Assembly: GCA_905178155.1 (NCBI GenBank)
Contig: CAJINV010000012.1
Coordinates: 802,004-866,003 of the forward strand
Direction of reading: 5' to 3'
Length of the DNA stretch: 64,000 nt
DNA from: Amoebophrya sp. A120
Taxonomy: Eukaryota > Protista > Dinoflagellata
The notes under the pieces were generated by a model, which did no database searches, had not been told where the DNA came from, and saw only the letters and a program-made list of their open reading frames with translations. A program made the translations under genes and the position numbers. Each line of letters opens with the position of its first letter. Within the stretch, counting starts at the first letter, position 1. Positions 46,301 to 59,180 of this stretch are shown one piece after another.

Positions 46301-49300
46301 CCCAAGGCAAAACAGCATGACAAACTCCATTTCTCAAGCTGAGTGAATTTGTCATGCGATTTCTACTAGTACGATACTTCTGCAATGCATACAGTCCGAC
46401 AAGTGGTTCGGCACCAAAGGTTTCGCGTTTTTCGGCTCCAGCACGCGTTCCTGTTGCTCCTTGGACTTCGTTTTCCGCGCCACCCGCGCGCCGGACTTCA
46501 AAGCCTCCTCGTCGAGGAACTCAACCAGCGCAAACGCGACGGAAGACGCGAGGGCCGGGTGGCGCTCGAGAAAGCAGAGGGTCGTGATGCGGACGAAGGC
46601 GGATGATTGGGCGAGGTCTTGCTGGATTTTTTCTTCAGCGGATTTATTGTTATTCGCTTTTGATCTAGTACTTATTCCAGCAGCAGCCTTCCGCGATTTA
46701 ATATCATTTGGTGCTGCTTGTCCTAATATCCCCTTGTTCAGCTTTGCAGAAACCTGCCCCGTTCCGGAGGCAAGCAGCGTGTTCACGTAGGAGGGAGAAG
46801 CACTAGCATCATTATCTTCATCCCCGCCTCCAAGAAGCTTGCTCATCTCGCGTTCCGTGGGAAACGGAGACGCAGCTTTATCCACAGAAACAAACCCATC
46901 CCCATCCATTTTTTGCATGACAAACACGGAAAATTATGCATGTTCTGCATGTGCATGACAAATTGGATGGGGATGGGTGTTTCTTCCTGGATAAGCTTCG
47001 CCCTCAGATACGCTGGACTCCACGTCGGTGGTTGAGGAATTATAGGGCCTGTCGCGCACGAACGCAGAGTCTGACTCGTCCTGACCCACCTTTATTCCTT
47101 GCTCCCGCGTAGATGAAATCTTCGGAACGACATCCGCCTCCGCCAGAGTTTTTGACCCGTCCCGCAACACCGCCTCGTTGTAAACCAGTAATTTCGCGAT
47201 CAACTGACTATACCCCGGCGGCAGGTCCTGCATCAGGTTCAAACGACCCTGCTGGTACAGATTCGCGGCTTCACCTCCTTCATCTTCTGGCGACAAATCT
47301 TCAGATGGATAATTATCCGCGATCTCATTCGCCAAGAAGATCCGGTCCCGCAGGATTGCGTTGAGACTGCCGAGGAGCGGCAACACCGCCGCACGGGTCA
47401 CGTTTACCTGGGTTTCCCCGGCGGTGAGGATGGTGGAGAGGAGTTTCAGTAGAGGAAAAGAGTTGTAATCGATGAGCTGCTTGTTTTTCGTGTAATTCGT
47501 CAGCGGAGATGGGGCGGGTGGGCGGCGCTTTGTTGATCTTGATGCTGTTCCGCGAGTTTCAGTAGACTTGGGTCGTGACCGTTCCGAGCTATGCTTTCTC
47601 TGTTCTGTCACCGGAGTCTTATTTGTCATCTTATTTCTCGTGGACCTCGACGTACTACTACTTCTCTTCCGCACAGCACCAGAAACCTGAACTTGTCTTG
47701 CGCGCAGCGCTAACGGCTTTTTGTTCATCCCTGCACCTGGAGAAGAAAAATCCGAGGAGGAGAGGGTTTTTGCGGTTGAGCCGCTAAGAGACGATGAACC
47801 TCCTCCAATTATGCCAGCGCCAGGACTTCTTCGCCCTCGTGGCGACGTTTCATCAACTACATGGTCAAAGTCTTCCACTTCGATTTCCCCGGACGAGTAT
47901 TCTTCATTGGAGTCGTCCTCTTGCAGGTCTTGACCATCATCTTCCCCTTGGAGGTGCTCTAACTCCTCTGCCATCTCCATCTCCATTAATTCCAGTTCGG
48001 CCGAAAGGGTATTTACGTTGAAACAGGCGAATGCCGCTTCGGTATGGATGTGTCAGGATCGAATTCGACAAAATCGAAATAAATTTGCGATGCGTAAAAT
48101 GTAGGGCACTGAAGGCCTGTATCGGGGAGCAGGCAAATGAGGCCGATAATTGTAAGCCTGTTTAGGGCGGGTATGCCATGCGCTGCCAGAGTAGCATGAC
48201 AGGAGCAGTCTCCTTTGCCCAAGCAACATGACAGACCGGATTTGGGTGCAGCTCCCGAAATTTGTCATGCGCCATTTGAAAGCGTGAGGCTCCAACTGAC
48301 ATCGATTTTGTGCATCACAGATTTTTGATTTTGTCAATTTCGATTCTGACACCTCCATATTCGGACAGGATTGAGTAGTCGTACCCCGTGTTCGCCGGGT
48401 CTTTCAGCTATGAAATGCAAAAGTATCGCTGCACTGGTATGAATGCATTACAAATTTCCACGTCAGCATGAAAAATCAAATTTGTCATGCGGATTTACCT
48501 TAAGAAAAAGATTTGTAATCGTAATGCATGATTGTCATTACTACGAGTACGATACTTTTGCAGTTCATATCAGCAACCCGCCGACGATGGATGCGCACTT
48601 CTCCAGTAGCTCTCTGCTCCAGGGATTGGAGGCGGTGCTCTTGTTTATTGTCATACGAGAACCAGAACCGCTAGAAGTTGTAAAGGCACTAGTTTGTTGC
48701 TGGTACTCACCAATCATCTGAGCGATCCAGCCTGCCTCTGGTGGGGAAGAAACTTCAAACGCGTCAAGGAGGTCTTCGAGCTGAATGTTGACAGAAGGTA
48801 GCTGTAGTTGTTTGTCATGCACAACGCCAGTCCTCCTCCTCGTCGACGACGCGATCAAATTACTCTGATGCAGTGCGTACAAGGATCTCCACTTGTGCCA
48901 CTCCAAACCGGTCCGCGCCGTCGTTTTGGAGAAATTTGGCAAATCAATCGGCAAACCCTCCAGCATCAACCGGTTTGTGTCCGTCGCGAGTCGCTCCGAT
49001 TTGTTGCTGGCCTTCGCCTGCTCCAGGGACTCTTGAAAAAAGTGTTCCACTTTAAATTTGTGTTTCTCAACCGTTTTCTGCTGTTTAATATTTTGGTTGT
49101 CTGTTGGTTTTGGGAGATGGTCTGGGCGTTGCAGGTCGCGTTTTTGCGCTTCTACTAGCACCTCGCTCGTGCTAGAACCACTTTTGTCAACATCTGGCTG
49201 CACGGCGTATTTGGCGTAATACTCGGCTGCAAAATCGGAAACAACGACGGAAGACGACCGCAAAGTCGCTGAAGCTCGTTTTCTTTCTTTCTCCAATTTC

Positions 49301-52300
49301 TTCTGTTCATCGGAGCTCGTCGGGAGTTTGAACCCATTGAAATTCAGCGACTTCAAAACAAAGGGCTTCAGCGCAGAAGCGACTCTGCGTTGCAAATCGG
49401 CACGAGCTGTCGTGGACGAAGAAGATGTGGCTGCTGTCGTTCCATGATCTGCGTTATTTTCGTGATTCCCTCTCGGCATGAGAGATTTCAGCAGCACTCC
49501 GCTGAACGCGCAGCCCGGGAACACGAGCGTTGGATCGTCTTGAGGGTGGAAGGGCTTTTTGATCAAGTGCTGCGGAGGCGCAGTGGCGGTGTCGGCAGGA
49601 CTAGGAACACCACCTCCGAGGGCCTCGACAGCAGCGGGTATGGTAGAAGCAGCAGTGACAGGCGGCGCTCCAGTGTTGGAAAAGATGGTTTGTGTTGAAT
49701 CATCAAGCGTTGATGATGGCCCCCTTGCAGCTCCTGCCCCAGGGCGGGCTACCGAATTTGTCGTTGCAGCAACAACAGTCGTCGCCCCGAGCAAGCTCTT
49801 CTCAACCAGATCCGTCATCGGGGACAGGAGGCTCTCCGGTAAGAGTTCCGCTATTTGGTACAGTGCCGTCGCGAAAAGACTGAAATCCTCCCAGATACGG
49901 GATGTCGCTTTTGTATCGTTCTCTGTCAACGCCGCGGTTAGCGTCGTGTGGATATAGAAACACAGCGGGTCAGTGTCGACGGCGACGGCTGTACTGGAGG
50001 CTTGCTTGACGGAGACAGATCTTCCCGCTCGTACTCCTGTTGGGCCATGCATATTACCGTTCTTAACTCCGCCACTATAATAGCTGCTGCTACTGAAGCA
50101 GCTTAATAGTCCCTCCTTCTCCAAGTAGCTGAACATCAAAACTGCAGTTTGGACCAAAGCTTTCGGCAAGTACGACTTCCGGTAGAAATCTTCCAACACC
50201 TCCGCCAAACGCCGTAACGAGGACCGGATCAACTGTCGTTGCTGCGCCAAAATCCTATACCCCTGTCCGATCAACATCGTGCTCTTCATCGTCGCGTCTT
50301 GAATCGGTGCGAGCTCGTTCCGACCGGTGAGGCTGTTCTTCAGAAAATAGCTCGATTGGTCGAAGAGTAGTGTGAGTTTCGTCGTGTTTAACAGCATGAT
50401 GCGGATTAAACCGAGGATCAAAGTTCTCGACTCGGGCATCGCCCGGCAGTTTACCTGTTTCGCAATCAAACGGTTCACCTCCTGTAGGCGTTTTCTTGAT
50501 AAATTTCGCTGACTAGGGGAGAAATCAGCTTGATGTTCTGGATCTTTTTCTTGTGGTCCTGCGAATTGTTGGTCGTGCACATGATTGTCCATCACGAGGA
50601 CGTCTTCTCCTTCGCCCAACCTTTTCAACGTCAGCGCGATCGTATCTTCGAAGCTGCTGATGGCGTGGAATTCGGAGTCTCTGGACAAAAAGTTCCTCTT
50701 CTCGTCTTCCTCCTGAAGTAGGAAAAACCAAAGAGACCGGCACACCTCGTCGAATTCGGCGAAGCACAGGGTACTCGACGTACTAGAAGCGGTTTTTAGT
50801 TGAGCAGCTCCTTCTTGCGACATGATTCTTTCGCTCGTATTAACCCTGTTCTCTATCACAACCTGCTGCAAATCGGAGGGAATGCCCGCGAAAAACCGTA
50901 GGAGCAGAAAGTGCCGCTGCAGAATCTCCGCAGCCTTTTCGTTTTCCTTGTGAATCCCGTCGCAGCTCTGGATGTCGAGAAAGTGCTTTTGTCTTGATGA
51001 TGTTGTTCTTGTTGTCGCAGTAGAACTGTTTGAACGATTTATTGCATTTGCATTTGGAATTTCATCTTTGTTCCTTGTTTCGACATGATCCACCGCGGAA
51101 AACGCAACTCCAAGAATTTCCCGTTCCAAATTCGGGTCGAAATTGTTCACGAAGATCTTCAACAACAGTTCCAAGATCCTCGGTCTAGCGGTATGAACTG
51201 CAAAAGCATCGTACTAGTATGAATCGCATGACAAACATCCTCAGCATGAGAAATGAAATTTGTAATGCGGGTTCAACTTAACAGAGAAATTTGTAATGCA
51301 TAAATGCGATTAGTACGAGTACGTCATTTTTGCAGTTCATAAGCGGCCCGCGGCATCGATTTCAGTGTTTTCTCCACGAGTAAGACCGCCTGGGAAAATT
51401 CGGCCGCAGTCCAAAACGGCTGGATCCGCTTCCCCTGCGAGATCAGCTCCATCTCCTGTTCGAGGAGCTTCCGCTGGGAGGGCGGTTTTTGGTTTTGTTC
51501 TTTCCTACTGGAATTTGCAAGACCTCGGGATGAAAATCCCGATCTCCTCCCACCTCCCGGGCTCACACTGCTCCTCCGCCTCACTCCTGATGAAGACGAG
51601 TTTGTGTCTTGCCGACGTCGTGGCTCACCCGCAACATCTCCTCCGCTCATCGTCGCTGCCAGAGCCGAATCCAAGCTTTCCAGCATGACCCGCAAGGGAA
51701 CGAAGTACTGCACGTCGTTTCTCACCAGTGCCTGGAACAGCTTCCGGGGGTCCTTGGATTTGAAATATTCCTTCACGGCTTTTTCATTTTGCTCAGTCGT
51801 GTTATTCAGGTACCAGTTGTGCTGCGCCAGTTTCGGGAAGACCACCTGAAAAACAAACGCATCGGAGAAAGTGCGAGAGTGGAAGGAAGGAGGAACAGCT
51901 GACTTGTTCTTCGGAGTCTTCTTTGCGGAAGATGTAGTAGAGCCCGAATCTTTGTCTGCACTACTTCCACCAGGGGCAAAGCTGTTAACATCGGAGGTCG
52001 CCGCAAGAACAGAGCTCCCCGTGATCTGTTCCAGTGTGAACTTCGAAACCGATTCGTTCTCGTGGTTCACACAGAGGGTGAACAAATACTCCAAGTAGCT
52101 CGTCGGGACTTTCAACTGCTCAAACTTCTCCCAATTCTGCCGGACCCAGTGCGACGCGAATTCTTCCAACGAGTCGAGAATCGCGAAGAACGGCGTGAAA
52201 ATTTGCTTGTACTTCGGGTTGATCACCCTTTGAACCAAAAAGATCGCCCGTTTTCTCGTGCGGGAATTGGACATCGCTTTCTTCAACAGGGGCCAGGAAG

Positions 52301-54883
52301 AGTGCAGGAGGGGCGTGGTGACCAGGAGGTGTTGAGCGCCGCTGTCTTGCGATGATGAAGTAGAGCCATTGCCTTTGTTTGTCATACTTGACATTCCACG
52401 CGCACCCTGAACCAGTGCCGACGATGTTGACGAAAATCGGTTTGTCTCCTGGTTTATCAAATGTAAAAATGTCTGGGTCTGGAAATATGCAAGATTTGTC
52501 ATGCATCTTTCTCATGACCCATGATGCCTGTAATGCTTGAACTAGCATCGCAGACTTTTAGAGGGCTTCCTGATTCACCTTCCGCATGAGAAACGGCCTG
52601 TCTGTGTAGCAAAAACTGTACCCATTTTGCTGGTCATGCAATACATCTTTTTTTAGAGTCCAAAAACAGCATGACAAGTTGCAATCTTCCAAACCCAGAC
52701 ATTTTTACATTTGATATGGTTCGGTTGCTCTTGCGTGGGCGAGGAGTTGTAGAGAACTCCGTCGATAAGCTTGGTACTTCTGGCGGTTTTGGTTCGGGAA
52801 TTCCTTTCGTCTCCTCCGTGCGACGACCCTGCAGCAGGAACGGGCTTTGCCTTTGCTGTCCTCCCGGCCGCATTGGGAATCAAAATTACATCGTCGTGTT
52901 CGAGATCAACATCACCCTCGGCAACTGGATCATTCTTCCGAAAGTCTTCCGGCCACAACTCCCCCTCGCAATCGTAGGCCTCGAAATGGTCGTAGCCAAG
53001 GACATCCACCGTCTGCTCCGGGTACAGAACCGCGATAGAGAGCGCATCCTCCCACGCATTTTGGTTCAGAACCAGCTCGGAAACCAGCTTCGCAAGAGTT
53101 GTGGTTGATGTAGTGCTTCCTAACGAGGATAAATCGAAATCTCCACCAGTAGTTGCAGATGATGATGAGTTATCTCGTCCCTGAAGATCTGGCTTGGTCA
53201 TTTTCTTTTCCACAAAAACATGCAAGAATTCCCTCGCTAGCCGCAAGCGGAAGTTCCCGTCCTCTTTCGCTATGTCCGAGTGAAGCAACACTTCCAACAG
53301 CTCCTTCTTCGGGATTAAGAGGGATAGCAGGTCTTTTTCGGACGGCGCGGTTGAAGAGGCCTTGACCTTGTCGTCGCCAGGTCCTACTCCAAGCGGCTTC
53401 AGCTCCTCGTGGTGCACTGCAGTCTTGTTGTTTTCATCGTAGTGGTACCTACCGCCCCCATCGACAAAACTCCTGGCGGAGTGATACCTAGACTGCAGTC
53501 TCTCCGTGTAGGCGAGGGAAGTCCCCGGCAGGTGTCTCGTGTGGATTTCCACATCAACGTTATTTTGATCATGCTGCGGATCATCAACTGCGCCGGTTTT
53601 TAACCTTTCTACTTCTGCACGATTCCCCTCGTTAAATGCCTCCTGCAGCCCTTCCACAGCTTCCTTCAAATGTCCGACCTGCTCCACGCTACTCAAGGAT
53701 TTCAACCCCTGTTTGAAAAAAGCGGAAAACCGGCTCGCACGGAGGTTCACTTCAAAGGCCCAGCCGAGCAGGGCGAACGTCTGCTTGAAGGTGAAGGTGC
53801 TTTTCTTGCTCGATTTAGTTCCAGCTGCGCTCGACGTGCTACTAGTAATATTTTTGCCGACCACAGCATTTCTATTTCCAGCCTGTGGATTTGCTCCTCG
53901 TCCATTGTCTGCGAAAGGAACGCAAATTTCGCTGAAAAGCGAGTGCGTGCTCGCCGCAGCCGCGTTTTTTTCCCAGCAAGCGGAGACGGTCCGGAGCCAG
54001 AGGTCCTCTAAAACGATGCGTGGTGCGACCTCGAGGCATTTCAGCGAGTTTTTTTCGCTGCACCCACGGAGAAAGCGGAGGTACCACAGGGAAAGGAGGA
54101 GACCTGGTGTTGTAGCAGTGGGGACAATGTCAATGAATTCGATTTAAGTACATATGCATTCGAATGCGCGCCGGCGGGGGCGGCGGCGGCGGCGCATGAG
54201 AAACAGAAACGAAATTTGAAGATGTTGTGAGAAAATATCATATAGGCGGGCTAGCGCTAGGGATAGCAAATACTCCTGGCATATTATAGTACGATTCGAA
54301 TTCACATACCTATGGCTTGCTCAGATGTTACAATCTCAAACGTTACAATAGAATCTGAAATTTGTCTTGCATGACCAGCATGAGTACCATACAGAGACTT
54401 GGGCTTTTCACAATACAAATTTCGTCAGATTCTCATGGGGTTTGGGGCGCCGAAACTTGTCATGCGCGCTACTTTGGGAGTAGGCCAGATGTTGCGGATT
54501 TTGCAAGACAAGTTCCAAATTCTATTGTAACGTTTGAAATTGTAACACCTGAGCGGGTTATAATACCTTCCTCCCTTTTCTTTTCAATCTCCTCCGGCCT
54601 TTGGTTCTGCTCCTCTCCTCTTTTCAACAAGCATTTATCCACAGAAAAAAAAACCATCCACATCCAATCTGTCATGCAAAACACGTATCAAATCATGTGT
54701 TTGCCATGCAAAAAATGCATGTGGATGGGTTTTTTTCTGTGGATAGCATTCTATCCGGTAGTACACCGGAAGTTGGCAGTGCTTGCCCCAGGTCGGCTGC
54801 ACCACTGTGTCAAGGAAGGTCTCGCCGCTGCTCAGGCTGTCGCAATTCAGCAGAAAGGACTCCACGATTTCGTACTTCATCAT
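40345..54883 (-). CDS. TARBP1: tRNA Gm18 2'-O-methyltransferase (TARBP1/Trm3-like), SpoU domain at the C-terminus; 5' exons less certain
   Basis: Reassembled IVVASLIDKAPNLAGLARTCEIF...SVTAEKW...IIGVEQT...LLLGAEKEGLP...[28 protein letters not shown]; also HREQLRAWQAVVVL; 22 introner-like elements in the span. Confidence 0.88.
40395..40752. mobile_element. Introner, divergent family N
   Basis: TATCC...GGATA; TSD GTACT; removal gives WEYVRQ. Confidence 0.85.
40812..41119. mobile_element. Introner family K
   Basis: TSD TCCCC. Confidence 0.95.
41163..41427. mobile_element. Introner family A
   Basis: TSD GGATC. Confidence 0.95.
41615..41843. mobile_element. Introner family C
   Basis: TSD TGTGT/TGGGT. 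Confidence 0.9.
42067..42217. mobile_element. Introner family I
   Basis: TSD CGGCG. Confidence 0.95.
42264..42565. mobile_element. Introner family L
   Basis: TATC...GATA; CCCCAGA/TCTGGGG IR; TSD ACCGC. Confidence 0.85.
42660..43632. mobile_element. Introner family I with nested TIR element
   Basis: TSD TCACT. Confidence 0.9.
42685..43492. mobile_element. Nested non-autonomous DNA transposon with long imperfect TIRs
   Basis: TGAGCTGGGCGCC...GGCGCCCAGCTCA; flanking duplication CCGTACAT/ACGTACAT. Confidence 0.85.
43900..44108. mobile_element. Introner family J
   Basis: TSD CCATC. Confidence 0.95.
44173..44327. mobile_element. Introner family B
   Basis: TSD ATCTC. Confidence 0.95.
44492..44743. 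mobile_element. Introner family A
   Basis: TSD TTGTC/TGGTC. Confidence 0.9.
45099..45361. mobile_element. Introner family A
   Basis: TSD CAGCA. Confidence 0.95.
45436..45691. mobile_element. Introner family A
   Basis: TSD CACCT. Confidence 0.95.
45739..45950. mobile_element. Introner family J
   Basis: TSD TAATT. Confidence 0.95.
46242..46391. mobile_element. Introner family B
   Basis: TSD TAGTC/CAGTC. Confidence 0.9.
46879..46993. mobile_element. Introner family H
   Basis: TSD AGCTT. Confidence 0.95.
48043..48359. mobile_element. Introner family F
   Basis: TSD TTCGG. Confidence 0.95.
48409..48569. mobile_element. Introner family B
   Basis: TSD TCAGC. Confidence 0.95.
51192..51341. mobile_element. 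Introner family B
   Basis: TSD AGCGG. Confidence 0.95.
52455..52716. mobile_element. Introner family A
   Basis: TSD TGGTT. Confidence 0.95.
54145..54291. mobile_element. Small degenerate TA...TA element
   Basis: TSD CGATT; weak IR (ATATGC/GCATAT). Confidence 0.55.
54311..54562. mobile_element. Introner family G
   Basis: TSD ATACC. Confidence 0.95.
54636..54745. mobile_element. Introner family H
   Basis: TSD GCATT. Confidence 0.95.
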
Positions 54884-55962
54884 TTTTTTTTGCGCGAAGT
54901 TGTGCTAGAAGCAATTAGCAGGTAGGGGTACAGGTGGACAATCTAGCAATAGGAACAAACACTGCAAACGAAAAGAATGTACTTAACTATTAGCGATGCG
55001 TATGCGTACTAGTCGTGTTCGTGCCTGTGAAACTGCAACTGGCTCCGGCATAAAGTCGTTCGTACATGAAGTCGGTCGCTGCTGTCATGTCAAGTTCACA
55101 GGGAAAGCGAATGCTACGTCTAAGTTACTTGAGGTTAAGGCTAAGGATTAGGTTAAGACGGCGCTCACAAGCTGCATCGGTGTCGAGCTCTTTATCTTAA
55201 CCTTTCTTCAAGAACATGATGACGAGCTGATCATGAAGAACAGAAAGTGTAGATCTTGCCTCCACGACCGAAGATCCTGACTGCTCAGTCGCAAAGGCGT
55301 GAAGATCATCCGGAAAAATCTGCATCCGTTCTGGTCTTTGCGGTACAGGAAACTCACCAAACAGCTTCAGGCACACCTTCATCAGCTCTGTGGAATAGAG
55401 AAAGAGATCGAGGAGATCCAGGTCTAGTTCCGGATCTTCAAGACTATAGGATCTCATCGGCAAGAACTCGATCACTGGCTCTTAACCGTAAGCTTATCCT
55501 TACACTGCTGTGCTGTAACTTTGTGTTCTACTGGGCAGAATAAATCAGGCCCAGATCGTTTGTTTCCGCATGAAGATTTCGATGATCAGAGAACTTGAAG
55601 CAGAAGTAGCACCACGTTAAGATCGAGTTGCTGTTGCAGCGAAGAACAAAAAATGGACTACACACGCACACAGAAAAAGGGCTGCTGCCTCTTTAGCTTA
55701 TTCACATGAGGGAGACCCACTTTTCATCGTTCTCAATGATTGATACAAGAGCCACTGCATGTAAATTTTTGTACAAGTAGAGCCTGGCGCCGCCACGACC
55801 GGGGCTCTCGGAGGACGAAGTCTTTGTTGTTTAAACGTTCAACATCTTCGCGTTAACTGGTTCCTCAGCATTCGCATTCTCTTGGAAAGAACAAGTATAT
55901 CTATGATACTAGGGGGTGCATAAGGAGGAGTTTCAATTTCATTTTGTACAAAGAGAAAGAAA

Positions 55963-58100
55963 TCATGAAGCAGCTCCAGTCGAACCGTAATAAGGTTTTT
56001 CAACCCGATCCTCTACACTATCTTCATCCTTATTGTCATTGTCCCCAAGAACCCCAGCAACTTTTACATCAACATGTACACCGTCAGAATTGTCCCATCT
56101 CCCGAACAAATACAACGCCGCGCCGCTCAAACTAAACCCCAGCCCGAACATCTGGACGACTCTCAACTGCTTTTCCAACAGGTACAGACTCGTCCCAATC
56201 AGCAAGACCTTGTTTGCCGTCGCCTATCAAATGCAAATATGTCTGGGTCTGGAAGAGTGCATGTTTGTCATGCTTGTCTGGCGTGACTCTTAAATCTGTC
56301 ACGCACGTTACCCAAGAGCCCCGCTGTGCTGTCATGCAGAAACGCAGTTTGTCATGGAGAATAGGCAACACCTAGAAGCTCAAAAGCTTGTCATGCTGAG
56401 CCAGCACCTGTGGCCTCCTCATGATACGCCACCCAGCATCACAAGTTTCCAGACCCGGACATTTTTACAATTCATATCGCCTGGACGGAAGCGAAAAACG
56501 AGCCCGCGTGATGGATCAGCATCGTGTCGGTTAGAAACCACATTTATGCTGTGCAAAAGTATCGCACTCGTAGTAATCGCAGCCATGCATTACAAATCTC
56601 GATCCCATTCCCAAGGCAAACCGGCATGACAAACTCCATTTCTCATGCTGAGTAAATTTGTCATGCGATTTCTACCAGTACGATACTTTTGCAATGCATA
56701 ACATTGTGGTTGTGACAATTTTGATCAAGAAAGCGGTGAAAACCGGAAGCTGCGCAAATTTTTCGCCGATTATGTCCTGTAAGGGCTCATCCGAGGCGGA
56801 GGTAAATTGAATTTGCATGATCGCCGAGCCACTTTGAGTTTGTTGTAGTAGTGCAACTTCTCCAGATGTGGAAGTGGAAGTCGTTCCAGCTGCACTATTA
56901 TCCCCACCGCCAACACCCTCGTTCCTATGTCCACCGCCGCGCAAAACCTTCGTCCCAAACTCCTCGAAAGGTGCGGTCCCCTCGAACAGCAGTGACAAAA
57001 CCAACAAGCCGATCACGTTCAACGGACTCAACAGCCGGACAAGGAGAAAAGTCGTTTTCAGGTCCGCTTGTTCCTCCTTCCGGACCATTGCTTCTTCGGT
57101 GAAAAGCCGGACGGAAACCGCGAATATCACCGCGAAAACGGATAATGCTAGCCCGACCGCAGTGAAGGACATTTCTTCCGCCCCGTACCCGAACAGACAG
57201 CCGCCGACGGTGAGAGAGAGAGCCGCGATTGGAGCGGTTTTTGCGAGAACTTTCCCTTGGTAGAATTCCGCGAGGAGTAACTGCGGGATCACCTTTGTTA
57301 TCCTGTGAAAAACAGTATCGCACTCGTATTAAAACTAATCGCGACACTGCATATACAAATCAGATTTTCTACCTGCGGCTGGTCCAGTTCTAGCATCACA
57401 AAAGATTGCAAATGCGATTTCTGCTATGTAGTGCGTCGATGCTTTTACAACCGTGCATATCGGTCATTTGGATCATGGAGTGGAGAGAGGGGACGAGGAA
57501 TTTCAAAGCTCCGTTGTGCGTCGCCCCGGACCCGATGTTCAGGAAGCCGAGGGGCAGAATCTCTTTGTAGAAGTCGTAGTCTAATTCTTCCTCGTCCTTG
57601 TGCTGCTCGTCCCGAGCGGCCCCCGACGCTCTCTTGGTCTTGCTACGGTCTTGTTCACCAGCAGCGCTAGGATGAAGATCCTGCGCGTCGTGTTCATCTT
57701 CCGTACTGTGGTTCTCTGCATCACGCCCTGACTGCTCGTCTTTCCCGCCTTCATCATCCTCTACAGCTGTAACGCCATTCGGGTTATTTGACGGCGACCA
57801 AAACAACGCGACTAGAATCACCGCCAGGAAAACGACAAACGTTTGGTCGACGACGGTGAGAAAAACCGGGTAGGGGAAATCATATCTTGTGCAAAAAACC
57901 CGAAGGAGAAGGTGGTAAACGACGTAGCCGGTTGCGTTTGCGACGGATTCCGCGGCGATAGTAGCTACCGACGCACCGGAGGTAATGCGGCGTTCGAGGT
58001 GGTGGTTGGTCCTCGGCGTGATTAGTCCTGCTCTTGGATGAGGTTCAGGAGATTTTTGGTGCTCGGGATCTTCCACATCGATATGGTCGTCATCCTCCAT
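55963..58100 (-). CDS. Triose-phosphate/nucleotide-sugar transporter family (TPT/SLC35, DMT superfamily)
   Basis: YDFPYPVFLT, ILPLGFL...HNGALKFL, SFTAVGLALS, LLSPL, QMFGLGFSLSGAALY; many TM helices; three introners. Confidence 0.85.
56225..56476. mobile_element. Introner family A
   Basis: TSD TCGCC. Confidence 0.95.
56545..56700. mobile_element. Introner family B
   Basis: TSD ACATT. Confidence 0.95.
57299..57459. mobile_element. Introner family B (degenerate)
   Basis: TSD TTTGT/TCGGT. Confidence 0.75.
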
Positions 58101-59180
58101 TTTGTTCTTGGGTGTAAATAATATGAGTCGTGTGAAGCGATGATAATGATTCTTGTTCGAGCATAGTCAGAAAATGCTTGAGTTCTTCACAGCGACGATA
58201 ACGTCATGCGCCTCACTCAATGTTGCGAAGATGAAATTGAGGGCAAACTGCAACCCAAGATGACTATTGCATCTACCACTTCGATGGATTATTTGGCGGC
58301 CGAGGTTGAATGCGGTTGCTAATGCTATTGTATGTCGTAGCTTGGCTTTCCTAATTCTTCTTGTCGAAGTAGTCAAATCCGATCATCATAATGATAATTT
58401 GCCAGACGATTCAACGAATCTACTGCGAAAGACGACAGCGATTTTTTTCCCCAAGCGAAACGATATACGAAAGCGAAGCCACCAAAACCTAATGTGGCAC
58501 GACCAACACAACGACGAAAAAACTTCTCTCGCCCATCAACATCAAGAACTACCGCCCTCCAAGTGAGGGAGTGGCAGAGAACAGGCCTGTCGCTATGGCT
58601 TCTGCTTCAGCTTTCCTTGCTTCGGTTGCTGTGTTGTGATGACACTTTATCATGGTGTTGGTAGTTGTACCGCATCAATTTGATAAGCAGGAAGTCTTGA
58701 TCTTGAAGAACTGAGTATATTACCATCTATGTGTGTGATTGTTTGAAACATAATTTTGGCGAAACATAACGTATAGTCAAGTGAGTCGTTGAATTTCAAT
58801 TTCTCCTGTGGCGGTAAAAAATTCCTTGTACAGGTAGCGAATTAAGGCCCGCCAAGAAAAAATAATCACATGTAGTGCGCAGGAGCGATTTTCGACACAA
58901 TAAGAAGGCCAGGTCCTGATAGATAAACTAGACAGCTTGAGCCGCTCTTTTCCAAGAGGGAAACGTGGATGGAAAGAAGTACTTCTACTTTCTCAAAGTC
59001 CACACTGACACAGAAATTGGTTTCGCTCCTACTAGGTTCCGCCGGGAAAATTTGCCAGAGAATCATAGAAACTTCTGTCGCCAAAAATCTACCGCGCGAC
59101 AAAGCAACGAACTACAAGAACTCCTGTCCACCTCCACATGATGAAGCAGTTGCAAAAAGCAGGCCTCGAACTATGGCTTC

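Noticed and set aside
55197-55475. 92-aa ORF as a separate gene or first TARBP1 exon
   Set aside because: No recognisable motif and it coincides with the GATC-dense patch; cannot be supported without transcripts.
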